Source: a virus (Duplodnaviria; Caudoviricetes). Taken from it: a stretch of 45,566 nucleotides of DNA. Of the stretch, positions 26,881-34,605 are shown piece by piece. The DNA lies in IMG/VR virus record IMGVR_UViG_3300033406_000373, positions 1 through 45,566 of that record; one strand, 5' to 3'. The notes beneath the pieces are model-generated. The model did no database searches. It saw only the letters and a list, made by a program, of their open reading frames with translations, and was not told the origin of the DNA. The position numbers and the translations under genes are program-made. Every line of letters starts with the position of its first letter. The first letter of the stretch is position 1.

Positions 26881-26905
26881 AAAAAAAGAGCCTGAAAGCT
26901 CTTTT
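26881..26905 (-). terminator. Intrinsic terminator after the 279-aa moron
   Basis: AAAAGAGC-TTTCAG-GCTCTTTT followed by more Ts. Confidence 0.75.
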
Positions 26906-26910
26906 AGTCC

Positions 26911-27750
26911 TTACAGTGGCTGAAATGACTTTGCGCCATACTTCAGATAAGATTTTACTATTTCCAACGGTTGCATATCTAAAAAATTTACTTGTATTCT
27001 ATAAGTATCAGGGTTGTTATCTATGGTACCAAAGTCTGTAACCGAACTAATTGTTGGGAAAACAGTTGAAAGTTCTTTTTTGATATCATCAAGCGTATAT
27101 CCTTTATTTAACTTACAACGAAAGCTTATAGATTCGATAAGTTCATTCTTTAAATTCATACCTCCTGGAGTAATGTAAGCAAAACTAGATAAATTATTCT
27201 TGAATTTTTCATTTTGAAGCTGATTGTTGTTATAAAGCTTGGTTACCTCTTGTTTAATCTGATCTATCAACTCGTCATTTTTATCAACAGAACCTAGTTT
27301 ATTAGTAATTTCGGCAATTGTATTTATTGAATCTTGAATTGATTTATTACTTTGTAAGTATTCATCTTTAAGGCTAGTTACAATCTTCATTCGCTCATCA
27401 AAATTTGAACGAAACTGTGCAATTTCAGTGCTAATACCGCTCAAAGCATTAACTTGTTCACCTATCTTTTGTACATTAAGCTGTAACAAAGTGTTTTGTT
27501 CCGTACTTGCGTTTGTTTGAAAAAAAGCATAAATAATAGCTAATGCAGCCATTATTATAGATGCTAGACTTGATGCAAAACCTATCTGATCAACAACTTC
27601 TTGTGCTTGAGAAAATTTCCAAGCTGCAATTCCAACTGTAACCGCAACAAGATCAATAATCACAAACCAAGCTAAGAGTTCTTTACGAGTAAACTGTGCA
27701 AGAAATTTATTAACGACTCCTTGATTGTTATCTTCACACATTGTTATCAC
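26911..27750 (-). CDS. AT-rich two-TM coiled-coil protein (moron)
   Basis: Two N-terminal hydrophobic helices, long heptad region, small C-terminal domain; exact start uncertain. Confidence 0.8.
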   Translation of the reverse strand: MITMCEDNNQGVVNKFLAQFTRKELLAWFVIIDLVAVTVGIAAWKFSQAQEVVDQIGFASSLASIIMAALAIIYAFFQTNASTEQNTLLQLNVQKIGEQVNALSGISTEIAQFRSNFDERMKIVTSLKDEYLQSNKSIQDSINTIAEITNKLGSVDKNDELIDQIKQEVTKLYNNNQLQNEKFKNNLSSFAYITPGGMNLKNELIESISFRCKLNKGYTLDDIKKELSTVFPTISSVTDFGTIDNNPDTYRIQVNFLDMQPLEIVKSYLKYGAKSFQPL

Positions 27751-27797
27751 CCAATCATCCTAAGAATTAACTTCTTTTTTCGAGTATATTATATATT

Positions 27798-27824
27798 TTT
27801 CTGCAAAAGACAATAAATTCCTTC
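27798..27824 (-). promoter_or_regulatory. Sigma-H-like promoter
   Basis: GAAGGAATT-N11-GCAGAAA, very similar to the motif at 26766-26792. Confidence 0.55.
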
Positions 27825-27858
27825 AAAAACGAAAGACCGCCCTCGCCGGCGGCCTTTC
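27825..27858 (-). terminator. Terminator/attenuator hairpin just downstream of the putative late promoter
   Basis: GAAAGGCCGCC-loop-GGCGGTCTTTC followed by GTTTTT. Confidence 0.6.
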
Positions 27859-27927
27859 TCTTTCTCATATCTAATTCACGATACCATATTAACACGAAAA
27901 AGCGGAGGTTTTGGGGTCCCCCTAAAA

Positions 27928-28410
27928 CTAAAATTTGCATTTATGCATTGCAGCCACCCTCACTGTCAAATTAACGACCTCGTACCACATCTCTTTTATC
28001 TTATCTTCTGACGGGCACCATCCAGTAATCTCCCCGAATCTCTGCTGCACCGGTGCAATCCACCCTGGCCGGCCGCCATCAGGCGAAATGTAAAACCGGC
28101 ATTCCTGCCTAAGTTCAAGCAATTGTCGTTTCTTAGGTCCGAGAATACTTTTCACATCTTCAACCACCAGCAACCATCTTGCCATGTCGCCGGTATTGTG
28201 TGCCTCTAGCTTGATAGCCATAGCCTCAACCGGCCGACCAACACCGCTGCGTCCCCCGCCGATATTCTCATCCTTTTCCTTGGTACCGGCAATAATCTCC
28301 TGATATAGTTCATCGTGAGACCGTTTTCTCTCCCTGTAGTGTATGAGCCAGCTTGCTGCAATTCTGTTTTCATGCTTGATTTGCTCTTTAATATCTAATG
28401 CTAACTCCAC
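27928..28410 (-). CDS. Late transcriptional activator, RinA/ArpU-like
   Basis: ENIGGGRS....PVE..AIKL....W...VE, C-terminal helical domain; sits at the early/late boundary. Confidence 0.7.
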   Translation of the reverse strand: MELALDIKEQIKHENRIAASWLIHYRERKRSHDELYQEIIAGTKEKDENIGGGRSGVGRPVEAMAIKLEAHNTGDMARWLLVVEDVKSILGPKKRQLLELRQECRFYISPDGGRPGWIAPVQQRFGEITGWCPSEDKIKEMWYEVVNLTVRVAAMHKCKF

Positions 28411-28427
28411 TTACCCCACCCCCACAA

Positions 28428-28664
28428 CTAATCAATGCGTCGAATACTTGATACTACTGGTGTAGCACTACCAGAAAGATAATTTTCTATATCAGATATC
28501 CGCAACAAATATCTGTTTCCTAATTTCGTAACAGGTACTTTACCACTTCGAACCAGATTGTATATTGTCGTGTAGCTCTGATAAATCTTAGACAATTCAT
28601 CTGGATGTTCTTTTGCTATTTTGTTTATTTCCCTGATCGTGCGCATACTTTCTTGATTAATCAT
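28428..28664 (-). CDS. Excisionase/MerR-like HTH DNA-binding protein
   Basis: SYTTIYNLVRSGKVP..KLGNRYL....DIE.YL; ATG at 28664 with AAGGAG RBS. Confidence 0.75.
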   Translation of the reverse strand: MINQESMRTIREINKIAKEHPDELSKIYQSYTTIYNLVRSGKVPVTKLGNRYLLRISDIENYLSGSATPVVSSIRRID

Positions 28665-28869
28665 TAACAATATCTCCTTTGATTCCCCACCCCCATAAAT
28701 CAAAAAAGCCGATAGGGCAGGCTAGCTGCCCTTTATTTATGCCTCCTTTAATAACCACGCTCATCCTTCAATTCGGTTATTATTTCCAATACTTCTTTAA
28801 GTTTTTGGTTTTTATTAACCTAAACTACATAGTCTAAATCTAATGTATTCTTTAGCTAAGGATGATATT

Positions 28870-29325
28870 ATGTCTATCGAATTACTAATACAATATTTTT
28901 CTATATTTATTGCTATAGTGGCTGTTATAGTTGCTCGTAAAAAATTGAAACGATTTATTCCTGTTGGATTGTTTGCCAGTTGCTATGCTAATCTTTGGTG
29001 TTATATTGCAAATTATTTTCACTGGTGGGAATATCCTTCTAGACTATTTAGTAGTGTAAGAGACATTTCCTTTACCGTAAATGTTGTCATTGTACCAGTC
29101 CTAGCTATGCTTTGGGTAAGGTACTCTCCAATGTCAAGAATTAAGTGGGCTTTTCTTTGGACAACGATTCTAACAGGATTTGAATATTTTGCTGTAAAGT
29201 ATACCGATCTGATTGTTTATCACAACGGATATAATTGGTATCATTCGTATGCCCTGTGGTTAATCAGTTGGTACATTTGGTATTCATTTCATAAGTGGTT
29301 TTATAAAGACGGTGAGCCCCGCTAA
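28870..29325 (+). CDS. CBO0543-family multi-pass membrane protein (moron)
   Basis: WWEYP, P....LW..Y, E......TDLI.Y..G.NW..SY pattern; about five TMs; opposite strand to its neighbours. Confidence 0.75.
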   Translation: MSIELLIQYFSIFIAIVAVIVARKKLKRFIPVGLFASCYANLWCYIANYFHWWEYPSRLFSSVRDISFTVNVVIVPVLAMLWVRYSPMSRIKWAFLWTTILTGFEYFAVKYTDLIVYHNGYNWYHSYALWLISWYIWYSFHKWFYKDGEPR

Positions 29326-29335
29326 TAACATGCTA

Positions 29336-29797
29336 TCATGGCTCCCACTCCCAAAGCCGCTGCATGCCTTTCGCTGGCACTGACTTGATCCGGCGCACGT
29401 TTTTAAGTTTCCAGGCATAACGGCCAATTGAGTAATCACCAAATGCAAGCTCATTGCCATAAATCTTTGTGCCGTTTTCTAAGACTGCGGCTACACGTTT
29501 TTCATCACCGATTTTCAATGTTACTCTGCCTACAACTTTTAGGCATTCAACCAAATCAACAATGGCAATTACATGCCCCAGGCAAAGCGCTTCTGCGTTA
29601 TAGCCACCGTTTGCCATTATCGGCTGCAATGCAGTTTTGAATGGCTCTTGAAAGGCTAGTTTCATATATTGCAAACTCTGCCCTACATGAATGGCTAAAG
29701 GCCCTCTATAACTTGTTTTCCATCCACGAGTTTCGTAGTGCTTTTCCCTAAGTGGTATTAAAGCAGGGAACGGCGGCAGGATTGTTATGGCTTTCAT
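29336..29797 (-). CDS. ASCH-domain protein
   Basis: MKAITI..P.....K.YETRGW.T.YRGPLAIH, FGDYS.GRYAW.L, KGMQRLW. Confidence 0.9.
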   Translation of the reverse strand: MKAITILPPFPALIPLREKHYETRGWKTSYRGPLAIHVGQSLQYMKLAFQEPFKTALQPIMANGGYNAEALCLGHVIAIVDLVECLKVVGRVTLKIGDEKRVAAVLENGTKIYGNELAFGDYSIGRYAWKLKNVRRIKSVPAKGMQRLWEWEP

Positions 29798-30543
29798 GAT
29801 GCACCCCTCTCTAAAGCAGACATCGCCTCTGCTTTCAACTCCTCAAGCCGATCTTTAATATTCCATGCGAATAGCCAGCTTTTCTTTGGCATCCCTAATC
29901 CGTTCTGGATCACTTCCCGCATTTGCTGTAAGTATTCATCCATCAGCTTAATTTGGTCATCTAACCGCCAGATTTTATCCTTTAGGGAATGTCTATCTGC
30001 GTAAGCTTGCGCCACTTCTTTGCCGACGATCTTTGCAATATCATGAAAGCGGTTTCGATTTTTGGCCTCCCATTCAGCATCGCTGAGCTTCTTTAAGTGC
30101 AGGCCTCTCGGATCTCTTTCCTTCACGAATAGCATGGATAACAAAGTGTTTTCAGGTATCATAATATCCCGCGCAGGCGCCGCCTTCCGGTATGTCCAAC
30201 TGTTCGGGCCTTTGACAATCCATCCAGCCTCAGACGGGATATCGTCTTTCTTGGCAACCTCGGGTAGCGTTGCGAAGTAGAACCTGTGGCAATGGGGCAG
30301 ATATCGTTTCCATTTCTCGGCGCGGATGTCTCCAAGGAAATCCGAACGAGTAACTTTGACCTCAAAGATTGAGAGGCAGAACCGTGTATAAGATGGCTTT
30401 ATAGTTATTACGTCAGCCAAACCAGGATGCTGCCCAACTTGAATTTTATCCATCCAAACACTTCCCAGTGGTACGCTCAAAAAAGGAGTCGGGCCAACAG
30501 CCTTCGCCAGATCCGCGGCTACTTCATCATGATGCCTACCCAT
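29794..30543 (-). CDS. MmcB-like PD-(D/E)xK nuclease-fold protein
   Basis: ADV...FEVKVTRSDFLGD...KW..YL..CHRFYFA; ATG at 30543 coupled to the upstream stop. Confidence 0.75.
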   Translation of the reverse strand: MGRHHDEVAADLAKAVGPTPFLSVPLGSVWMDKIQVGQHPGLADVITIKPSYTRFCLSIFEVKVTRSDFLGDIRAEKWKRYLPHCHRFYFATLPEVAKKDDIPSEAGWIVKGPNSWTYRKAAPARDIMIPENTLLSMLFVKERDPRGLHLKKLSDAEWEAKNRNRFHDIAKIVGKEVAQAYADRHSLKDKIWRLDDQIKLMDEYLQQMREVIQNGLGMPKKSWLFAWNIKDRLEELKAEAMSALERGAS

Positions 30544-30769
30544 ACACTTTACCGCCGCCAATGTCCATAAATACCCTATCTGGGTCAAAGCATACGGAAT
30601 TAAAACGCTTTCCTGGAAACTCTTTCAGATGATACTTGGTATGGTATGAATGGACTTCTTCCCGTTCTACAGTATAAAGTTCTCCTTCATTCAGAAGCCC
30701 TCGAGGATCGTCGTTATTACCCCATCTAACCTGCTCGTCACTTGCGCCGATGTACTTTACCTTACGCAT
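30536..30769 (-). CDS. Hypothetical phage protein
   Basis: In operon with RBS; VRWGNNDDPR..L..GE.Y.VE. Confidence 0.7.
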   Translation of the reverse strand: MRKVKYIGASDEQVRWGNNDDPRGLLNEGELYTVEREEVHSYHTKYHLKEFPGKRFNSVCFDPDRVFMDIGGGKVYG

Positions 30770-30771
30770 TC

Positions 30772-31065
30772 TTACCCCGCCTCCTTATCAAAGAATCTCG
30801 GCCTGTACTGCACTTCCTCTCCTTTTGGTTTGCGCCCCATCTCTTCAAAAGGCAAATCAACTTTCTCCTGTCGCTTGAATCCTAACTCCTCACATAAACC
30901 CGGCTTATTCTTTGACGCAAGCTCTGCTTCAATCTTGACAATATCTGCCTGTGTGGCCTTACGTACTGTAACCTCGCCATGCTGTGTGACGAAATATTTC
31001 TCCTGGTCTTGAATGAATTCCGCGACTGGTTTTATGCACTTGGTCGGAACCTTGCCGTATTCCAT
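30772..31065 (-). CDS. Hypothetical phage protein
   Basis: GGGAGG RBS; tightly packed in the operon. Confidence 0.65.
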   Translation of the reverse strand: MEYGKVPTKCIKPVAEFIQDQEKYFVTQHGEVTVRKATQADIVKIEAELASKNKPGLCEELGFKRQEKVDLPFEEMGRKPKGEEVQYRPRFFDKEAG

Positions 31066-31168
31066 TCCTGTCTCGCCTCCCTTTTATTTGTGTCGGATTC
31101 CCGCACATGCGTGGAAGTGGAAACCTGTATTAACCATGTCCGACGTTCTCAAAATTATGTTAACTAAA

Positions 31169-31555
31169 TTACGTACCCACAACCTTCCCCAGCCATGCGG
31201 CCTGCAGTTCCTTCACCGATATCCGGCATAAAAACTGCACATCCTCAACGCTTCTGGCCACAACATAGGTACCACCATGAGCGATAACATTGTCCCTAAA
31301 CTTCTCCTGGTCCTCAGACAGCGTACCCTTTGGCGTTTTAACCTCAACATACACCGTCCAGCCATCCTTGATGGCGGTCAAATCACTAAGCCCTTTTAAA
31401 CTCCCCAGGCTTTGGTGATGCCGAATCACGTACCATCCATTCCAGAGCAAATACTCACGAATAGCATTTTGTATATCAGTTTCTTTAGGCGCCTTAGGCC
31501 TGGCCAACTTCTTGCCAGCAACCACCTGGGCAAATTCACGCTCCGATAGACGCAT
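31169..31555 (-). CDS. VRR-NUC domain nuclease (Holliday junction resolvase-like)
   Basis: ETDIQ..I..YL, GLSDL, YVEVKTPKG.LSEDQ..F, Y.VARSVED; start MRLSE at 31555. Confidence 0.9.
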   Translation of the reverse strand: MRLSEREFAQVVAGKKLARPKAPKETDIQNAIREYLLWNGWYVIRHHQSLGSLKGLSDLTAIKDGWTVYVEVKTPKGTLSEDQEKFRDNVIAHGGTYVVARSVEDVQFLCRISVKELQAAWLGKVVGT

Positions 31556-32594
31556 TTTGAACACCTGCCTTATTTGGGCAAATAACCGTAACTTGCTTTG
31601 TGCCACCACGCCCGTCAGGCTCATCCTGCCAAAACCATTCCTGGCCCTTGCACCGGCTATATTCTTGGCACTTAGGACAGTGAGTAATCTTAAGCGGCAA
31701 ATATTCACGATAAACCCCTTGTAACAGGAAATTATGCGCATTCTTTATGAACTTGTCTGGCTGCCCATCCGCTTTCATTCTTGCGGTATACTTATTAGCC
31801 GCAAGGATTAAATGCTTGGCCTCTACGCCCTGGGCTAAGAGCGTATTCCAGGCCTCGATCGCGATAGACTTACTGGTATGTTTGGGATACGAGTTCCAAA
31901 AACAAACGAAATCTGAATCTATTTCCAAGGTTGCGGCAACTTCTCCATGAGCGCCTACATCTGGCACATCACGCACACTACCTTCCGATAGCGCAATCCC
32001 TTCCAAAAGGTCATCAGGGGAAAAGTTATCCACAGAGTCATCCTCGCGCGCGTTATTTTCTCTTTTACTTTCTATTTCTATTTTCTTTACTTTACTTTCT
32101 ATTTGTGGTATTTCTGCTTGTATTAACTCGGGCTTAGCTGAATTAATGTCAGCATTAATGGAGTAAAATCCTACACTAACCTTTTTCCCCTCGAAAACTT
32201 CATTCAAATATTCATCTGCAATGAAATACTCACGAATTAAAACTACTTTTTTTCGTCTAACACATGCCTGCAAAAAGCGTTTTTGAATACCAAATGAAGT
32301 TAAAATACCATATTGGACAAATAATTCTTTATTGAAAAAACCTTTATTAATGCAATCATTAACTACATTAGTGACAACATTAATATCCACTCGCGCATCG
32401 TCAGCAAATAGATATTGCTCGTCCTCTGACCACTGATAATAGTACCCTTCCTTATAGATTTTAGTTAAAAGAAGTATTACGATGGCAAAACCAATAAGAC
32501 CGTGTTTTGCTTTAATAATTTTGATTTTGTCATCGCCAGTAATATCAGTATCTAAGGAAAAGTAATCGAGTCCTTCTTTATTTGGCCTTGCCAC
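31536..32594 (-). CDS. Replication initiator (DUF4373/Lin1244-like N-terminus)
   Basis: ARPNKEGLDYFSLD, ILTSFGIQKRF, C-terminal F..FW..YPK...K..A..AW; GTG at 32594. Confidence 0.85.
   Translation of the reverse strand: MARPNKEGLDYFSLDTDITGDDKIKIIKAKHGLIGFAIVILLLTKIYKEGYYYQWSEDEQYLFADDARVDINVVTNVVNDCINKGFFNKELFVQYGILTSFGIQKRFLQACVRRKKVVLIREYFIADEYLNEVFEGKKVSVGFYSINADINSAKPELIQAEIPQIESKVKKIEIESKRENNAREDDSVDNFSPDDLLEGIALSEGSVRDVPDVGAHGEVAATLEIDSDFVCFWNSYPKHTSKSIAIEAWNTLLAQGVEAKHLILAANKYTARMKADGQPDKFIKNAHNFLLQGVYREYLPLKITHCPKCQEYSRCKGQEWFWQDEPDGRGGTKQVTVICPNKAGVQNASIGA
32026..32159. promoter_or_regulatory. Candidate phage replication origin inside the initiator gene
   Basis: DnaA box TTATCCACA at 32026-32034, pyrimidine tract with a 14-bp direct repeat (32064, 32091), inverted repeat ATTAATG-TCAG-CATTAAT at 32142-32159. 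Confidence 0.5.
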
Positions 32595-32613
32595 CGTCTC
32601 ACCCCACCGTCCA

Positions 32614-33420
32614 CTATATACAATCAAACAATGTTCCTAAATTCCTTGTAGCCACTGGATTAAGCCAAATTACCTCGCTCGCCGGCATACCTTTTTCTGT
32701 CCTTGCCATTGCTGAACGAAATTCCCACCCATCTAGTACAGTTGTATAAAGTTCGCTTTGATACCCTGATAAAATTACCGGTCCTTTATGCGCCAGTAAA
32801 GCATCCAGCAACTTTATATGTTCATCCTCCTTACCCATTTCTACGCGATACAATGAAGAATTTCTCCTGCTGCTACGCAAATACGGCGGATCCGCATAGA
32901 CAAGAGTGTTCGGCCTATTATGTTCTTTGATTAACTCAACGCCTGGCATACACTCAATCTGTGCAACTTTTAACCGTTCCGTAATTGCTAATATTCTTTT
33001 AGGCAATCGCGCCCACAACTTAGGTTTATAAACAGTCCCAGTTCTATCGAAAGCCCATCCGGTTTGCATAGATGTTTTAGCTCCAAATCCCTGCCAGCAA
33101 CGAACTAAGAAACGCCTTGCATCTTCTAACGAATTTCCTGTTGGTTCATTATTCCTAACTTTGTCATATTCGGATCTTGACCACGGTGTCATTTCAATCA
33201 ATGCTGCCAGTTCGCGTGAATTATCTCTGATTACCCTGAATAAGTTAACAACATGTCCGTCAAGATCATTTATGGTTTCGGTATTAGCCGGTACTTTATT
33301 GAAGAATACCGCTCCGCTTCCAAAGAATGGTTCTAAATATACTTCATGAGGAGGCATATGTGATACAATCCATTCTGCCAACCGCCACTTTGACCCCGGC
33401 CATCTTAAAACTGCCTCCAT
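32614..33420 (-). CDS. DNA adenine methyltransferase (Dam/D12 class)
   Basis: LRWPGSK, YLEPFFGSGAV, ETINDLD, YADPPY. Confidence 0.93.
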   Translation of the reverse strand: MEAVLRWPGSKWRLAEWIVSHMPPHEVYLEPFFGSGAVFFNKVPANTETINDLDGHVVNLFRVIRDNSRELAALIEMTPWSRSEYDKVRNNEPTGNSLEDARRFLVRCWQGFGAKTSMQTGWAFDRTGTVYKPKLWARLPKRILAITERLKVAQIECMPGVELIKEHNRPNTLVYADPPYLRSSRRNSSLYRVEMGKEDEHIKLLDALLAHKGPVILSGYQSELYTTVLDGWEFRSAMARTEKGMPASEVIWLNPVATRNLGTLFDCI

Positions 33421-33444
33421 ATCTCACCGCTCCTTAGCGGGAGA

Positions 33445-34215
33445 CTAAGCCCCCGCCTCTATCTCTCTAATCGCCGCAAATATCGGATATATTTGTCTTG
33501 GATCAACCGCGTTACCTATTGCTCTAAGTCTGTCCACCCTATTGGGAATCCCATCAGCCACTCTCCGAATTCTGGATGCGGCAGGCCAGATTCGCCCTTG
33601 GTAAGCGTGTCCAAGAGTACAATTTGCGGCCACTTGAGTTGATGTCCGTTTTGCATATACTTCTTTAATTTTTGTAAGTTCCGATATCGGTCTTGATGGT
33701 CTGACGCGGTCGGACGCGGCCACAATGAAAACTCGTTGCCCCCCTTGGACAGCCCCGGTTGTTTCAGGGCCAAAGCAACACCATCCTGTGTTATACCCCA
33801 TTTCGGCCAAGTCCCGGAGAACTCCACCAAAGAACCGTCCAGACTCGCTTGACAGTAACCCTGGCACATTCTCTCCCACATACCATCTGGGGTTAATCTC
33901 GCTAATGATTCGCCTGTTTTCACCCCATAAGTCACGGCTGTCATCAGATGCCAAACGCCGCCCAGAAACACTGTGAGGTTGGCAAGGAAAACCACCTGTG
34001 ATAATTCCGATTGATTCTGTTGATATTCCGGCACTTCGAATAGAACGTGCTGATAACTTTGTGACATCATCAAATATCGGCACCTCCGGCCAATGCTTTT
34101 TGAGCACCTTCTGACAAAACTTATTGATCTCGCAAAAAGCAACTGTTTCAAATCCTGCCCACTGAGCTGCTAAATCTATGCCGCCTATTCCGCTAAACAA
34201 ACTAAGTAGGTTCAT
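33445..34215 (-). CDS. DNA cytosine-5 methyltransferase, alpha polypeptide
   Basis: Motif I LFSGIGG, IV GFPCQ, VI ENVPG, X RLRAIGNAV; motif IX absent from this frame. Confidence 0.9.
   Translation of the reverse strand: MNLLSLFSGIGGIDLAAQWAGFETVAFCEINKFCQKVLKKHWPEVPIFDDVTKLSARSIRSAGISTESIGIITGGFPCQPHSVSGRRLASDDSRDLWGENRRIISEINPRWYVGENVPGLLSSESGRFFGGVLRDLAEMGYNTGWCCFGPETTGAVQGGQRVFIVAASDRVRPSRPISELTKIKEVYAKRTSTQVAANCTLGHAYQGRIWPAASRIRRVADGIPNRVDRLRAIGNAVDPRQIYPIFAAIREIEAGA
33516..34070 (-). CDS. C5 methyltransferase beta polypeptide in an overlapping alternative frame (M.EcoHK31I-type)
   Basis: Long open frame nested in alpha; FSGTWPKWG, WPRPTASD, PEFGEWLMGFPIGWT (motif IX-like); internal GGAGGTG at 34081-34087. 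Confidence 0.8.
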   Translation of the reverse strand: MMSQSYQHVLFEVPEYQQNQSELSQVVFLANLTVFLGGVWHLMTAVTYGVKTGESLARLTPDGMWERMCQGYCQASLDGSLVEFSGTWPKWGITQDGVALALKQPGLSKGGNEFSLWPRPTASDHQDRYRNLQKLKKYMQNGHQLKWPQIVLLDTLTKGESGLPHPEFGEWLMGFPIGWTDLEQ

Positions 34216-34393
34216 TTGCACCATCAAACTTAAGCTGCATCTGGCTCCGTTTCATCTCTTCCCTTACCTTCTCGGCTAAATATTTACTATGACACACTTT
34301 TCCAAAGCCCACTTCCATCGCTTTCTGAGTCCGGATCCTCCGGCCGCACCGTTGACACTTCATTGTTTCTTGTGTCGATGCTACTGCTAACAT
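34202..34393 (-). CDS. Small Zn-binding protein (DUF6011-like)
   Basis: CQRCGRRI......GFGKVC; GGAGGTG RBS before ATG 34393. Confidence 0.75.
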   Translation of the reverse strand: MLAVASTQETMKCQRCGRRIRTQKAMEVGFGKVCHSKYLAEKVREEMKRSQMQLKFDGANEPT

Positions 34394-34604
34394 GATGCTC
34401 ACCTCCGCATTTGGGACAATCGCCCGGGTAAGGCGAACCACTCGGGGTTTTGCATCTTTCGCATATAGCCGATATGGTCCGCCATTCAACTCCACACACC
34501 GGGCACCGCAGTTGTACCATTGGGCTAACATATCCTATCTGGATGCCGTTTGTACGACAGGTAAGACAGAATGCCCTCGTTGTTTTACCCGGATGGCAGC
34601 GCAT
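34287..34604 (-). CDS. Cys-rich zinc-ribbon protein
   Basis: Four CxxC pairs; starts right after the sbcC stop; 3' end overlaps the next gene. Confidence 0.55.
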   Translation of the reverse strand: MRCHPGKTTRAFCLTCRTNGIQIGYVSPMVQLRCPVCGVEWRTISAICERCKTPSGSPYPGDCPKCGGEHHVSSSIDTRNNEVSTVRPEDPDSESDGSGLWKSVS

Positions 34605-34605
34605 G

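Noticed and set aside
28428-28664. Assignment as the prophage excisionase
   Set aside because: The fold fits, but it is far from any integrase or att site; left as a generic HTH protein
31556-31741. Long N-terminal extension of the VRR-NUC ORF
   Set aside because: Overlaps the initiator gene; the RBS supports ATG at 31555
29794-33420. Restriction-modification system from the MmcB-like or VRR-NUC nuclease plus the MTases
   Set aside because: Both nucleases belong to common phage replication-region families and are not paired with an MTase as an R-M operon
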